Source: Candidatus Latescibacterota bacterium
GTDB lineage: Bacteria > Latescibacterota > UBA2968 > GCA-2709665
Direction of reading: 5' to 3'
DNA: 64,000 bases
Assembly (NCBI GenBank): GCA_965219995.1
Contig: CBDCOX010000002.1
Location: forward strand, 1,504,001-1,568,000
Of the stretch, positions 9,385 through 19,515 are shown piece after piece. The translations under genes and the position numbers were made by a program. The first letter of the stretch is position 1, and each line of letters begins with the position of its first letter. Below the pieces are notes generated by a model, which was not told the DNA's origin, ran no database searches, and was given only the letters and a program-made list of their open reading frames with translations.

Positions 9385-9640
9385 GGAGACGTTAGACGGG
9401 AGACGGTAGAGGATCACGTCGCGTCCACTGGATATCGACATGGCGTCGCGTCGTCAATTCATCAATGAGCGAAGGCATGTCTCTTGCAGGAATGGGTTTG
9501 TCGAGTGGATTGTCCGCATGTAGGCGACCTGTCAGGACGCGATGGATGAACCGCAGGCGGACCAACTCGTCTACCTTCTCACGTCTCACGTCTCACCGGT
9601 TTCAGGTCTTTCATCTCCCGTCTACCGGCTCCCGTCTCAA
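9385..9640. repeat. Family D element: inverted heptamer tracts flanking ~160 bp of non-coding DNA
   Basis: gagacgttagacgggagacggtag ... cgtctaccttctcacgtctcacgtctcacc..ctcccgtctaccggctcccgtctc. Confidence 0.8.
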
Positions 9641-9711
9641 CGCCATTAGGGTACCCTTCCCCCTTCCCATCGGAAACAGGTAGAACGATGAGGTGTTATT
9701 CGGACACAGCA

Positions 9712-10815
9712 CTACACCAGCCCGAGGTCCTCATAGATGGCGCTGTTGGTCTCCCGGTTGCGCACCTGGTGGGCGCGTTCTCCCGGTGTGCCGTTGAAAA
9801 TGCATACGACAACCAGGCTAGCATCGGGGTCCACGAAGGCGATCGACGACTGATAACCCGCATTGCCAAAGGATCGGGGCGAGGCGTAGCGTCCGAACCC
9901 GTACGGGACCGATTCCTTGCCGTAGATGTTCGAGTTGACATAGAAGCCCAGTCCCATATCCACAACGTGACCCAGGATTTCGTCCCTCAAGCCGGTTCGA
10001 TGGCGGGCGGTAATCGCTTCGACGGTCTGGGGAAGAAGCAGTTGCATCCCTTTGAACGTGCCATTCCCGAGCAGCATCTCGTAGAATCGACCCAACTCCC
10101 TCGCCGGACCCCTTCCGCTGCCGCCAGGAACACATCGACCGATCGTTCGCTGCAGATCCACGCTGTAGTGCGACGGCTCTGGCGCTCCCCCGGCGGTATC
10201 GTACATCAATCCGATCCGGTCCCGGTTCGCCTGATAGGTTGACGGATCCATCGAGAGGCTGCAGTTGGGCATATCGAGCGGCTCGAAAATCTCGTGATGG
10301 ACGTAGCTGTCGAAGGCCCTGCCGCTCTTTCGGGAGACGATCTCGGCAAGCACGAACCAGGCATTCGCCACGTCATATCTCGCCTGCCGCCCCGGCAGCC
10401 AGTCGTCTCGCAGGGGTGCATCGCAGATGGCTGCGACGATCTCGTCCCATGAAGATTCCGACCACGCGACGTCCACCGAGCCGATCCCGCCGGTGTGTGT
10501 CAACAGGTGCCGAAACTTCAGACCCGATTTCCCGCCGGCCCCGAAGTCCGGCAGGTGGAGGCAGACTGGATCGTCGATCTCGATCTGACCCTGCTCCCAC
10601 ATTTGAGCGACGGCAACCGCGGTGATACCCTTCGTCAACGACATCCAGACGGTCATCGTATCACTCGTCATCCCACGGGTCGTCGTCGCGTTCCCGACGG
10701 CCGCGTCTGCGACGACATTACCCTCCATAGACACGTAGAGTTGGGCACCCAAATGGAGGCCATCTCTGACGCCAGCATGAAGTAGATCAACGGTCCGTGT
10801 CAGCGATACACCCAT
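9712..10815 (-). CDS. Serine hydrolase (beta-lactamase class C-like)
   Basis: SLTK, LLTHTGG and catalytic Y; start MGVSLTR after GGAGG. Confidence 0.9.
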   Translation of the reverse strand: MGVSLTRTVDLLHAGVRDGLHLGAQLYVSMEGNVVADAAVGNATTTRGMTSDTMTVWMSLTKGITAVAVAQMWEQGQIEIDDPVCLHLPDFGAGGKSGLKFRHLLTHTGGIGSVDVAWSESSWDEIVAAICDAPLRDDWLPGRQARYDVANAWFVLAEIVSRKSGRAFDSYVHHEIFEPLDMPNCSLSMDPSTYQANRDRIGLMYDTAGGAPEPSHYSVDLQRTIGRCVPGGSGRGPARELGRFYEMLLGNGTFKGMQLLLPQTVEAITARHRTGLRDEILGHVVDMGLGFYVNSNIYGKESVPYGFGRYASPRSFGNAGYQSSIAFVDPDASLVVVCIFNGTPGERAHQVRNRETNSAIYEDLGLV

Positions 10816-10843
10816 CGGCCCTCCATGTCCCGAAAGCGCAAGA

Positions 10844-12748
10844 TCAGCACCGGTGCAGGTCCGGATCCTCCACGGCCTCGTAGACCACGCCGCCCTCGAC
10901 GTTGCGCGGCATGGGCGCGCCGGTGAGATAGCAGACGGTGGGCGCCACGTCGATAACGCGCACCTGCCGCTCGAGCGGTCCCGCCGAACGCACGCCCGCG
11001 CCCGCGGCGATGAAGGTCGAGTGCTGGCCGGCCATGCCGAAGGCCACCGACGGCAACTGCTTGCCATGGGCGCCGTCGAACTCCGGGCGCAGCGCGTACA
11101 CCACGTCGCCCACACGGTCCGACCAAAGGTTCACCATCTCCGCGTCCTCCCGGGTAAGGGCAAGGGCGAAGGTCCGCCGCCCCGTCTCCGGATCCTCGTA
11201 ATCGTGCAGCGCCTGGATGATATCCTTGCAGACCGCTTCGTAGTCCGCGGGATCGACGATGCCGCCAGGCTCCCTCCCCTTCAGGTTCACGAAGATGTGC
11301 ACGAGACCCACGTCCGCCGCCCGGGTGCGCGTCCAGTCGATGCGCCGGTCGGGGCCGTCGCCCACGTACTTCAGGAAACCGGCCTGCTCCAGCACCGAGG
11401 CGACGTTGACGACGGTGTGCCGCTGCGAGGTGCCGCCGTGGTCGGAGACCACGAAGAAGGCCGTATCGTCCCCCGCCAGCCGGCGAAGCCGGCCGATCCA
11501 GCGGTCGATGGAGGCGTAGGTACGCTCCACCCCCTCGCGGCAGCGCCGCTGCACCTCCGGCGGAGCCCCGGAGTGAGGATCGGCTGCGCGCAGGAAGAAA
11601 TGGCTCGTATAGTCCGATGCGTGCGTCTCCGTCATCAGCAGGTCCCAGTCCCTCGAGCCGGCGAGGTATTCGGCCACGTCGGCCAGGCGCTGGTGGTGGA
11701 ACTCGAGCAGTTCGAAGTACGTGTCGTCGTCAATCAGGCCCAGGGCGTCGCGGCCCGGGTTCTGCAGGAAGTTGCCCACGTGTTGGTCGATGTCACCGGC
11801 CGCGGAGGCGGGTTTCGTATACCCGTCGGGCGGCCAGATCTGGGGAATGAACAGCTCGAAGGCGTCTGCCCCGGGCGTCAGCGTAATCAGCTTCGCCCGC
11901 ACGTACCCGCGCACCTTCCCGCCGTCGATCTCGAACGGGTCCAGCCACCAGTCGCTCCACTCCCCTACCGCCAGATCGGCAATCGGCCGGGCGGCGTCCT
12001 TCGACCGGCACAGGCGCACCCGGTCGTAGCCGTTGGCGCCGCTGGCGTAGATCAGTGCGTGCAGCGGCACGGGGACGCCCTCACTCCCCCGGTTCATGCC
12101 CTCGCGGCCCCTCGTCAGGGGCTGGATGGTAAGCACTGTCTCTTTCGCCGGCAGCCTTGAATCGGGCGTTCCGGTCCAGCCCGCGGCGTCGACCAGGGTC
12201 ACGGGATCGAACTCGCGAACCCCCTGCAAGGCGCTCGGGTCCAGGGTCTCAGGATCCCGCTGGGCTTCGAGCCGCCTCGGCGCCCACTTGCCGCCCACGA
12301 AGAGGTGATAGCCCGCCACCTGGTGGTGGTTGGAAACGCCGGGACCCGTGCCCTCCACCTGCACCCCCGAGCGGACCGTGGGGGGCCACGACATCTCCCA
12401 CTTCACCAGGATCGGCGTCTTCCCGCCGCGCTCGAACGCGTTCCAGATGTACTCCGAGCGCGAGAGGGAGGTGTCGATGCCCCAAAGCGTGCGGTCCAGC
12501 GGCTGGCCCACGTGGCGGATGTTGAAGTCCAGGATCCCGTGGGTGCCCGGCCACGAGCCGGTGGACAGCGCCGTCCAGCCCGGCGGCGTGAGGGTGGGAA
12601 AGACGCCGACCATCGGCCGCCACGCACCCGCCTCCATCAGCGCGCGCACGTTGGGCATGTGGCCGGCATCGGCCATGTTCTTCACCAGTTCCATGCTGGC
12701 GCCGTCCATGCCGGCGACGATGGCGCGTCTCGCGGGAGCCGTACTCAT
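10844..12748 (-). CDS. Alkaline phosphatase family / type I phosphodiesterase-nucleotide pyrophosphatase
   Basis: GMDGA, PTLTPPGWTALSTG, SDHG and DVAPT. Confidence 0.9.
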   Translation of the reverse strand: MSTAPARRAIVAGMDGASMELVKNMADAGHMPNVRALMEAGAWRPMVGVFPTLTPPGWTALSTGSWPGTHGILDFNIRHVGQPLDRTLWGIDTSLSRSEYIWNAFERGGKTPILVKWEMSWPPTVRSGVQVEGTGPGVSNHHQVAGYHLFVGGKWAPRRLEAQRDPETLDPSALQGVREFDPVTLVDAAGWTGTPDSRLPAKETVLTIQPLTRGREGMNRGSEGVPVPLHALIYASGANGYDRVRLCRSKDAARPIADLAVGEWSDWWLDPFEIDGGKVRGYVRAKLITLTPGADAFELFIPQIWPPDGYTKPASAAGDIDQHVGNFLQNPGRDALGLIDDDTYFELLEFHHQRLADVAEYLAGSRDWDLLMTETHASDYTSHFFLRAADPHSGAPPEVQRRCREGVERTYASIDRWIGRLRRLAGDDTAFFVVSDHGGTSQRHTVVNVASVLEQAGFLKYVGDGPDRRIDWTRTRAADVGLVHIFVNLKGREPGGIVDPADYEAVCKDIIQALHDYEDPETGRRTFALALTREDAEMVNLWSDRVGDVVYALRPEFDGAHGKQLPSVAFGMAGQHSTFIAAGAGVRSAGPLERQVRVIDVAPTVCYLTGAPMPRNVEGGVVYEAVEDPDLHRC

Positions 12749-12803
12749 GGGATCTCTCCTGACGTGTAAGTTATGAGGTGAGCGGCGGAGCGGGTGGAAC
12801 TCC

Positions 12804-13874
12804 CTATGGAAGACGAGGTATGACCTCTTTCGCCATCAACTCCATCGAGCGCTTCATCTTCTCTTTGTCGTCCCAGTCGTGGCCGATCATCAGCACCGTG
12901 CCGAAACCGCCGGTGACGTCGTACAGCTCCTGCAGGCGTCTGGTTACCGTGTCGGGACCGCCGACGATGGCAATCTCGTCGATGATGTACGAGCGGCTGA
13001 CGTCCGCATCGGACATCTCCGGGTTCATCTTGGGAAGGTCGAGCATACTGGCCATTTCGAGCATGCCGCGGAGGTACACCAGCGAATCGGCGAATGCGCC
13101 GTTGAAGGCGTGCTCGCGAGCCTCGGCATCGGTCTCGCCCACGCAGATGCTTCGCGAAATCCGCCAGTCGTTTCGGTCCGGCTCGCGACGCCCCGCTTCC
13201 GCTGCGCCTTCGCAGACCATCTCCCACTGACGTTTCACCTTATGCGCCGGCGCCATATTGATGCTGATCGGCAGGAACCCGCGCCTGCCGGCTGTGGTGG
13301 CCGCCATCGATTCTTCCTTGACGATGCTCATGGCGATGGGCGGGTGGGGCTTCTGATACGGTTTCAATACCTCGCCCAACCCGAGTTCCGGCACTCTCGC
13401 GGCCATCGCGACATTCCAGAAATCGCCGTTGAACTCGAACGGGCCGTCTTCGGTCCAGAGTTTCAGGACGATTTCCATCGCCTCGAGATTCATCAGCCCC
13501 TGGGTGCGTGGGTCCGGCAAATCGAACAGTGGCCAGTCGGTGGGTACGCCCCCCTGTCCGAAGCCAACGTTGATGCGCCCCCGGGACAGGTGATCGAGAT
13601 AAGCGAGGCGGACTGCCACGTTGGCCGGATGATGCTGCGTCATGATGGTGACGCCCGTGCCCAGGCGGATCCTCTCCGTCTGCGGCAGGACGTGGGCGAT
13701 GAAGACGTCGTTGGCGGGAATCGGCTCCCACATCGCGGTATGGTGCTGGCCGATCCAGGCCTCGGCGAATCCGAGCTCCTCGGCCCACAGTACACACTCG
13801 ATATCTTCTTCGAATGTCTGCGTGCGGTTCTTCTGCGGCGGATGCAGCGGCATCATGAACGTACCGAGTTTCAT
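12804..13874 (-). CDS. LLM-class flavin-dependent monooxygenase
   Basis: MKLGTFMMPLH, AEELGF.EAWIGQHH, LDHLSRGR and PYQKPHPP. Confidence 0.92.
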   Translation of the reverse strand: MKLGTFMMPLHPPQKNRTQTFEEDIECVLWAEELGFAEAWIGQHHTAMWEPIPANDVFIAHVLPQTERIRLGTGVTIMTQHHPANVAVRLAYLDHLSRGRINVGFGQGGVPTDWPLFDLPDPRTQGLMNLEAMEIVLKLWTEDGPFEFNGDFWNVAMAARVPELGLGEVLKPYQKPHPPIAMSIVKEESMAATTAGRRGFLPISINMAPAHKVKRQWEMVCEGAAEAGRREPDRNDWRISRSICVGETDAEAREHAFNGAFADSLVYLRGMLEMASMLDLPKMNPEMSDADVSRSYIIDEIAIVGGPDTVTRRLQELYDVTGGFGTVLMIGHDWDDKEKMKRSMELMAKEVIPRLP

Positions 13875-13930
13875 TTCTCATTCTCCCGAACAGTTTGAAT
13901 TAACCTCAATTGGGAAATGGATAACCGCTA

Positions 13931-14067
13931 AATTGGCCACAAAAAGCACAAAAGACACAAAAGGTACCGGTGCGAAACAGCGTGTGTCGTAACGCGGTGA
14001 CCCTGAAGGTAACCCCGTGGCATCCAGATATATGTCCTGTCACAGGATAGCTGTTCTTGTGCCTTTC
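13931..14067 (+). repeat. Family C element copy 1 (GCCACAAAAAGCACAAAAGACACAAA end)
   Basis: Homologous to the reverse complement of 62810-62955. Confidence 0.88.
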
Positions 14068-14080
14068 ACTGTTGTCCGGC

Positions 14081-14974
14081 TTACCGTTTGTCCTCGTCGA
14101 CCGTGTCATTTCCCGGCTTTCGCAGGCTTTCAAAAACCGCGGCGGACAGGATGATCAGGCCGCCGATGATTTCCCTCTCGGACGGAATGGCGGCCAGCAG
14201 GATGATCGCGATGATCACGCCGTATACGGTTTCCAGCGCGAGCGTGACGCCGACAACTTTACCGGAAAGGTGACGCTGGCTGTTGACGAACAGAATCCTT
14301 GCGAATCCCGTCAGCACGACCCCAAGCGCCACAACGAGCAGGAGGTCCCTGGTACCGGGCAATTCAAAAAGGGTTCCATTGTAAATCATAAACGGGAGGA
14401 GGAGCAGGCCCGCGATGCCCATTTCATAGGCTGAAATATCCCAGCTATTGTACCTGTCGATAATCCGTTTCTTGCGCATCAGGATGAAGAGCGGGAGCAT
14501 GGCGCCGGAGGCCACGCCATACAGAACCCCCTGAAAATTCGCATCGGACAAATCGAAATCCGGCGCCAGGCAGTAGACTCCGATCAGTACCGCGACCGCA
14601 CTGGCGAAGTCGACGGCCCGCAGTCTGACGTTGAAGAACATGCTTTCGAGGAACACCATCAGTACCGGGTAGGTATACGTCGTCACCAGGCCGATTGCGA
14701 CCGTCGAGACCCTGATCGACTGGAAGAAGAGCACCCAGTGGACCGAAAGCAGGCCGGCGATCGCCGAAAAGGTCGCGAGGTCGTTCCAACTCTTGATCGG
14801 GCTGCGGCTCTTCAGACGCCTGGCGATGACGAAAATGACGACCGCCGCCAGAGACGTCCGCCAGAACACGATCTCGTATGGATCGAGCTCGACCGCTTTT
14901 CCGAGCGGCGCGATGAATCCATACAGGAGCGTCGCAACGTGCACTTCAATCAGCGCACGTGACCTATCCGTCAT
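14081..14974 (-). CDS. EamA/DMT transporter
   Basis: About ten hydrophobic helices in two repeats, 297 aa. Confidence 0.88.
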   Translation of the reverse strand: MTDRSRALIEVHVATLLYGFIAPLGKAVELDPYEIVFWRTSLAAVVIFVIARRLKSRSPIKSWNDLATFSAIAGLLSVHWVLFFQSIRVSTVAIGLVTTYTYPVLMVFLESMFFNVRLRAVDFASAVAVLIGVYCLAPDFDLSDANFQGVLYGVASGAMLPLFILMRKKRIIDRYNSWDISAYEMGIAGLLLLPFMIYNGTLFELPGTRDLLLVVALGVVLTGFARILFVNSQRHLSGKVVGVTLALETVYGVIIAIILLAAIPSEREIIGGLIILSAAVFESLRKPGNDTVDEDKR

Positions 14975-15058
14975 CTGTCAACCTTGCCTCGCCGATGATA
15001 TACCCGTCTTCGCGTGCACCGGGGATAGCCGGACGGTCGTGTCCTTGCATATCCGCGT

Positions 15059-15526
15059 TCAGGCGGGACTCCCCTTCTTTAGAGTATACCTGACTTCCTC
15101 GTAACCGTCCTTCAACTCGACTTCACCTCTCTTCCAGCCGAGATGTTCATAGAACCCTTCAGCGCGGGTGTTCGTTTCGGTGTCCAACCAGATCTCCCGG
15201 GCTCCATTTTCCCACAGCCATTCAACCGCAGCGTCCATCAGTCTCCGGCCGGTCCCGCGGCCTTCGTATGACGGCCGAACGAAAAGGGCCCAGATCGACC
15301 CGGAGTTGACATTTGCAATACAAAATCCGACGATTTGGCCGTTTGCCTCCGCTACCCAGCACCTGGCGTCAGTCCGCAGCAAGGAGGCGACGCGCTCAGG
15401 CGTGATTCCGGACGCCTTCAGTTCAACAGCCGTCATCACGTTCTCCGTCGTCGCCGTGCGAATCTCAAATGTAGCGGGAATATCGCCTGGATCGGCCTCG
15501 CGGATGACAATCGCATTCGTAGTCAA
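15059..15526 (-). CDS. GNAT acetyltransferase
   Basis: LFVRPSYEGRGTG and RAEGFYEHLGW. Confidence 0.92.
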   Translation of the reverse strand: MTTNAIVIREADPGDIPATFEIRTATTENVMTAVELKASGITPERVASLLRTDARCWVAEANGQIVGFCIANVNSGSIWALFVRPSYEGRGTGRRLMDAAVEWLWENGAREIWLDTETNTRAEGFYEHLGWKRGEVELKDGYEEVRYTLKKGSPA

Positions 15527-15591
15527 GTCGACTCTCCACGGTTGCCATACATATTTGTGTTTACCAATATTCCTTCTCGCTGATCCCCCAT

Positions 15592-16251
15592 TCAGCTGTA
15601 AATCCCGATCGTCAGCCGCCGCACCTTCGCCGAGGCCTCGCCATCCGCGAGCAGGGCCGTCCGGATTGCGGGGGCCAACACCTGGTCTGCCGGAAAGCCC
15701 TCCGGACCGCAGGAGACGTACGAATATCCGAGGTGCGCCTGGGCGGTTCTGGACTCGCTGTTTGCAATGACGGCCAGGTCTACGTCCTCGATCACCGTCC
15801 CGTCGCCGGAAATCTGCCCGTCGCCGCCTTCGGCGAAGAGGACCCTCTCACCATCCGAGTTTCCGTTCCGCAGCAAAAGCCGCACGCGGCCCTCCTCCGC
15901 CACGCCGGCGTCGCCAGGCACGGCTCCCAACTGTATCGCAGAGTTCCCATCCAGGTGCGACCCGAGTCCCAGGGTCAATTCCGCCGGCCCCGCCACGGTC
16001 ACCCCGACCGCTTCCAACTCCAGCACCTTCACCACGGACGTGCTCAGCGGGGCTCCCCGAAGGGTCACGCCGTCGCCGGCCCTTCCCCTGGCGACCATCG
16101 CATAGTGGCTCCCGTAGAGGTCCGTGTAATCGGCCGTGGACGCCGTGGACGATCCGGTCAGCGTTTCGTTCAGCCAGTCGGGGAGGCCGTGGGTGAAGTT
16201 GACCTCCTCGACCTCCGCGTGATACGTCGTTCGCAACAATCGCCGGTTCAT
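15592..16251 (-). CDS. Hypothetical beta-rich protein
   Basis: 219 aa ORF with GGGAG RBS and coding-like composition; no motif recognised. Confidence 0.65.
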   Translation of the reverse strand: MNRRLLRTTYHAEVEEVNFTHGLPDWLNETLTGSSTASTADYTDLYGSHYAMVARGRAGDGVTLRGAPLSTSVVKVLELEAVGVTVAGPAELTLGLGSHLDGNSAIQLGAVPGDAGVAEEGRVRLLLRNGNSDGERVLFAEGGDGQISGDGTVIEDVDLAVIANSESRTAQAHLGYSYVSCGPEGFPADQVLAPAIRTALLADGEASAKVRRLTIGIYS

Positions 16252-16306
16252 GGTTTATCTCCCGCCATACTATTGTCCGAGTTCGAAATGCGCGGCTTCC
16301 CGATCT

Positions 16307-17218
16307 CTACTTCCACTCGATGACCGCCGCGTTGATCCCGCCACACAAGAGATAGAGCTTGTCCTCGTGAAACACCGGAAACGGCCAGTGTCCGGAATCC
16401 AGGATGCGCCCCATATCCTCGTAGGGTCCCGTCACGTCGAAGCCCTCGGAAAGCGCGCCCGAGAGCCCTCGATCATCGTTGAAGAGCATCAACCAGCGGC
16501 CCCATAGCCGGACGAGGATCGACGCGAACGGCCCCCGGCTGCCAGGCATATTCCCCATAAGCGGTTTCTTCGACAGCCGCCAGTGGATCCCGTCGTCGCT
16601 CAACGCCAGGCCGGCCACGGTCGTCACGCCGTCCGCCTGCGCGTTCCACCCGAGCCCGTTCCCCTGAAACGTCCCGATGAACATGGGACCGTCCTTCACC
16701 ACCCGGACGTAGCTCACGCTCTGGCCGTACCAGTGGTTCTTGCGGTTGGGATGCGTCGTCATGATCGGGAACACCTTCTGCTCGAAATGCACGCCGTCCC
16801 TCGACGTCGCCAGCGCGGTCGGCTGCCTGCCGCTCGTGTGTACGCCATGGAAATACATGTACACCTCCCCGTCGTGAACTACGGCCGAGGGAGATGAGAT
16901 GTGCTTCGTGAACGACGTCGCCGAGAGTTCGAGTACGGCCGTCCGCCACGTCCAAGGTCCGAGCGGATGTCCGGCCGTCGCCAGCCAGATTTCGGAGCCG
17001 TCATGCGTCGCAACGTAGGCATAGTAAGCGTCGATCGGGTTCGGAAGTACGTCCGCCGTCGGTAGCACCGAGATGTACGTCGCGTCCTGCCCCGCGAACT
17101 CCTGGTCGTCGGTCGCCGTCAGGACCGGATTCCCCTCGTAATGCACCGCCCTCGGAAGGTGGAACGACATCTGTCCCGCCGCGGCCGCCGCCGTGAACTG
17201 TGATGGAAAGGTCTTCAT
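16307..17218 (-). CDS. Five-bladed beta-propeller glycoside hydrolase-like protein
   Basis: GNPVL, GPW, SSPSAV..VYMYFHG, ATSRDGVHF and SDDGIHW blades. Confidence 0.75.
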   Translation of the reverse strand: MKTFPSQFTAAAAAGQMSFHLPRAVHYEGNPVLTATDDQEFAGQDATYISVLPTADVLPNPIDAYYAYVATHDGSEIWLATAGHPLGPWTWRTAVLELSATSFTKHISSPSAVVHDGEVYMYFHGVHTSGRQPTALATSRDGVHFEQKVFPIMTTHPNRKNHWYGQSVSYVRVVKDGPMFIGTFQGNGLGWNAQADGVTTVAGLALSDDGIHWRLSKKPLMGNMPGSRGPFASILVRLWGRWLMLFNDDRGLSGALSEGFDVTGPYEDMGRILDSGHWPFPVFHEDKLYLLCGGINAAVIEWK

Positions 17219-17232
17219 AGGATCTCCCTTAC

Positions 17233-17249
17233 TGTATACGTTGTATACA
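17233..17249. promoter_or_regulatory. Palindromic operator (GntR-like)
   Basis: TGTATAC-GTT-GTATACA perfect inverted repeat just upstream of the RBS. Confidence 0.55.
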
Positions 17250-17507
17250 TCTATCTGCCGGCGACGCCATCCGATTGAAGGGCGTTAACCAGATCGTGAA
17301 ATGTATCGTAGATCTCACAGTCCGCACCGGCAAATCGAAACCTGTCCTGGTGCCCTTGCAAAACGACAAGCGGACGGCATCCCACGAAACATACATCCGC
17401 TCATTGAACACAATCCCCGCCAGCCAACCGCTCCAACGGGGATTCACGTGTATAAGACTTCGATTGTATTTTGCCGATTAAATGGTCATTAACCACTTCT
17501 TCAGGTG

Positions 17508-17747
17508 TCAGTCGTCATCAACATCTTTGTGAAGTGGTCGTCTGTTTTCCTTCGTGACCCGAATCAGGAATCGCAATGCTTCATTCACGGAGTTAGCGTC
17601 GGGAAACACTTTGGCAACATCAGGTTCCAGCTGAACGGCAAATTTACCGAAACTCTTTCGTCCAGGACCCACTTTCCTCACCGTCAGGCTTTTCAAGTCA
17701 TACTCAGCCCGCATTTCGTCCTGCAATGTCGCCTCAATCTTCTTCAT
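17508..17747 (-). CDS. BrnA-like antitoxin
   Basis: DEMRAEYDL..VQLEPDVAKVFPDANSVNEALRFL; overlaps brnT. Confidence 0.85.
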   Translation of the reverse strand: MKKIEATLQDEMRAEYDLKSLTVRKVGPGRKSFGKFAVQLEPDVAKVFPDANSVNEALRFLIRVTKENRRPLHKDVDDD

Positions 17748-18012
17748 AATCTCGTCGCTCCCTACGGGTTGCTTCTCTTGCACCAATCAGACGAATAACG
17801 TCGCCACGCTCGGTGTACGATACGATCAACAAGCGGCCTTGAGTTGACTGCCCAACCATGATAAATCGTTGCTCGTTGTAAGAATGGTCCGGGTCGTAGA
17901 AATCAACATGGAGCGGATCCTCGAAAACGGATTTCGCCTCATCAAATGCCACACCATGTTTTGATAAGTTAGCCGCTGCTTTTTCTTCGTTCCACTCGTA
18001 TTCCGTTGACAT
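17734..18012 (-). CDS. brnT: BrnT family toxin
   Basis: EWNEEKAAANLSKHGVAFDEA..EQRF..IRLIGAREAT. Confidence 0.92.
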   Translation of the reverse strand: MSTEYEWNEEKAAANLSKHGVAFDEAKSVFEDPLHVDFYDPDHSYNEQRFIMVGQSTQGRLLIVSYTERGDVIRLIGAREATRRERRDYEED

Positions 18013-18058
18013 CGGACCCTTGCCAAGCACGGCGCCTGATCATTTAAACACTCTGTAC

Positions 18059-18087
18059 AATATAGACGTGAATACTGGTAGCTGCAA
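18059..18087 (-). promoter_or_regulatory. Sigma70-like promoter of brnTA
   Basis: TTGCAG-17 bp-TATATT. Confidence 0.55.
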
Positions 18088-18172
18088 GGTCGATTTTCGA
18101 AGATTCCTAAATTCGGCCCGGCGAGAAATGTCTGGGTCCTGTGTTATATAGTCGGGATGCCTTCATCCGGCG

Positions 18173-19483
18173 TCAGCTGCCTTTCGTTCTTTCATTGCGT
18201 TCAATCGCGCCTCTGATTACTTCGATCACCTTCTTCAGGATTTGATCTTCAGAATCCCCGCAGCCTGCTTTCAACGGATTGATAAACACGGATGGGATAT
18301 ACGCGCTTCTGGACGATCCGACGAATTCCCGCGATGCCGGGTCTCCCTTCAGCGTGCCGTTGAAGACCTTCTGTTTGGTACATTGGAACCCGATTCCGGT
18401 ATGGGGCATCCGCATCGTATAGGCGGAACCCTCCAGCCCGGCCATTCTCGTTCCCACAACCGTTGCTCTGCCCAAAGCATCCAGGCTGATTGCCAACCCC
18501 TCCCCGGCGCTTCCCGTCCACCGGTTCACCAGGATGACGACCGGTTGTCTATACTGCGACTCGCCCCCAGGTTCGACCCGGCTAAGAAACGGCTCACCGT
18601 TTCGAGGCACGGTTCGCTGGTACACGCATTCCCGGTCGATCAGACGTCCGATGATTCCCTCAACGATCCCCGTATTGCCGCCGCCGACGCTGCGCAGATC
18701 GAGGATCAATCCTCCGGTGTCGCGCAATGCGTCCAGCGCGGCGTCGAAAAGCTCCAGGAGTCGACGGTCCGCCAGGTCGCCGTTGATGGTCACGTAGCCG
18801 ATGCGGGGTTCGATGGTACGGAATTCGAGCCTCGTCCGGTGTTGTGAATCGGATGCGGCATCGAACGCTTCGGGCGGGATGGAGACACGCTTCGTCTCGC
18901 CCTGGTATCTGACTCCGATCGTCCTCGTCTGATCCCGATATCCCGAGAGCACCTTTCTCAGCGTCCAGCCCTTTATTTCGCCATCGACCCGGGCGAATGA
19001 CCCGCCCATCCTCTCTTGGACAGCGTCTTCGATCGACATGCCGTCAAAGCGAAGTATCTCCATCCCCGCACACATACCCGCGGCTTGCGCGGGATAGCCC
19101 GGTCTGACGCCTGTGATGATCGCCTTCCCGTTCTTCCATTCGGCCCATATGTCCGTCCGCGACGGGACGATGTTCGGAGAAGATGCCGTATGCGTGTTCA
19201 GATGGACGTGGTCGTCGTACAGCTCCTCCAGGACCGTCTCCATCAACGCGACAAATTCCGATGTCGTAGTAACCGACCGGACCTTCGGCCTGTAGATCGT
19301 CCTGACCCGTTCCCAGTCCGTCTGCTTCTCGTCGAAATACGCGTAGTCCGTCCTGAACGTCTCCCAGAGAAAATCGAAGTCTTCTTCATATTGCTCCACG
19401 GTCAAATCGTTCTGTGCAAACGCGATGGAACAGCTGAGGAAATTGAACGTCACGACCGCGCAGAAGACGAACACAAAGAGCAT
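18173..19483 (-). CDS. Secreted S41 family peptidase
   Basis: Signal peptide; LILDLR.VGGG, TGSAGE and VVGTRMAG. Confidence 0.9.
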   Translation of the reverse strand: MLFVFVFCAVVTFNFLSCSIAFAQNDLTVEQYEEDFDFLWETFRTDYAYFDEKQTDWERVRTIYRPKVRSVTTTSEFVALMETVLEELYDDHVHLNTHTASSPNIVPSRTDIWAEWKNGKAIITGVRPGYPAQAAGMCAGMEILRFDGMSIEDAVQERMGGSFARVDGEIKGWTLRKVLSGYRDQTRTIGVRYQGETKRVSIPPEAFDAASDSQHRTRLEFRTIEPRIGYVTINGDLADRRLLELFDAALDALRDTGGLILDLRSVGGGNTGIVEGIIGRLIDRECVYQRTVPRNGEPFLSRVEPGGESQYRQPVVILVNRWTGSAGEGLAISLDALGRATVVGTRMAGLEGSAYTMRMPHTGIGFQCTKQKVFNGTLKGDPASREFVGSSRSAYIPSVFINPLKAGCGDSEDQILKKVIEVIRGAIERNERTKGS

Positions 19484-19515
19484 CGGATGCAGCCTTTTTA
19501 GCAGGATCCCATGCG

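Noticed and set aside
10853-13898. Long plus-strand ORFs (435 aa and 339 aa) and similar antisense ORFs throughout the window
   Set aside because: Shadow frames of high-GC minus-strand genes with clear motifs; no recognisable domains
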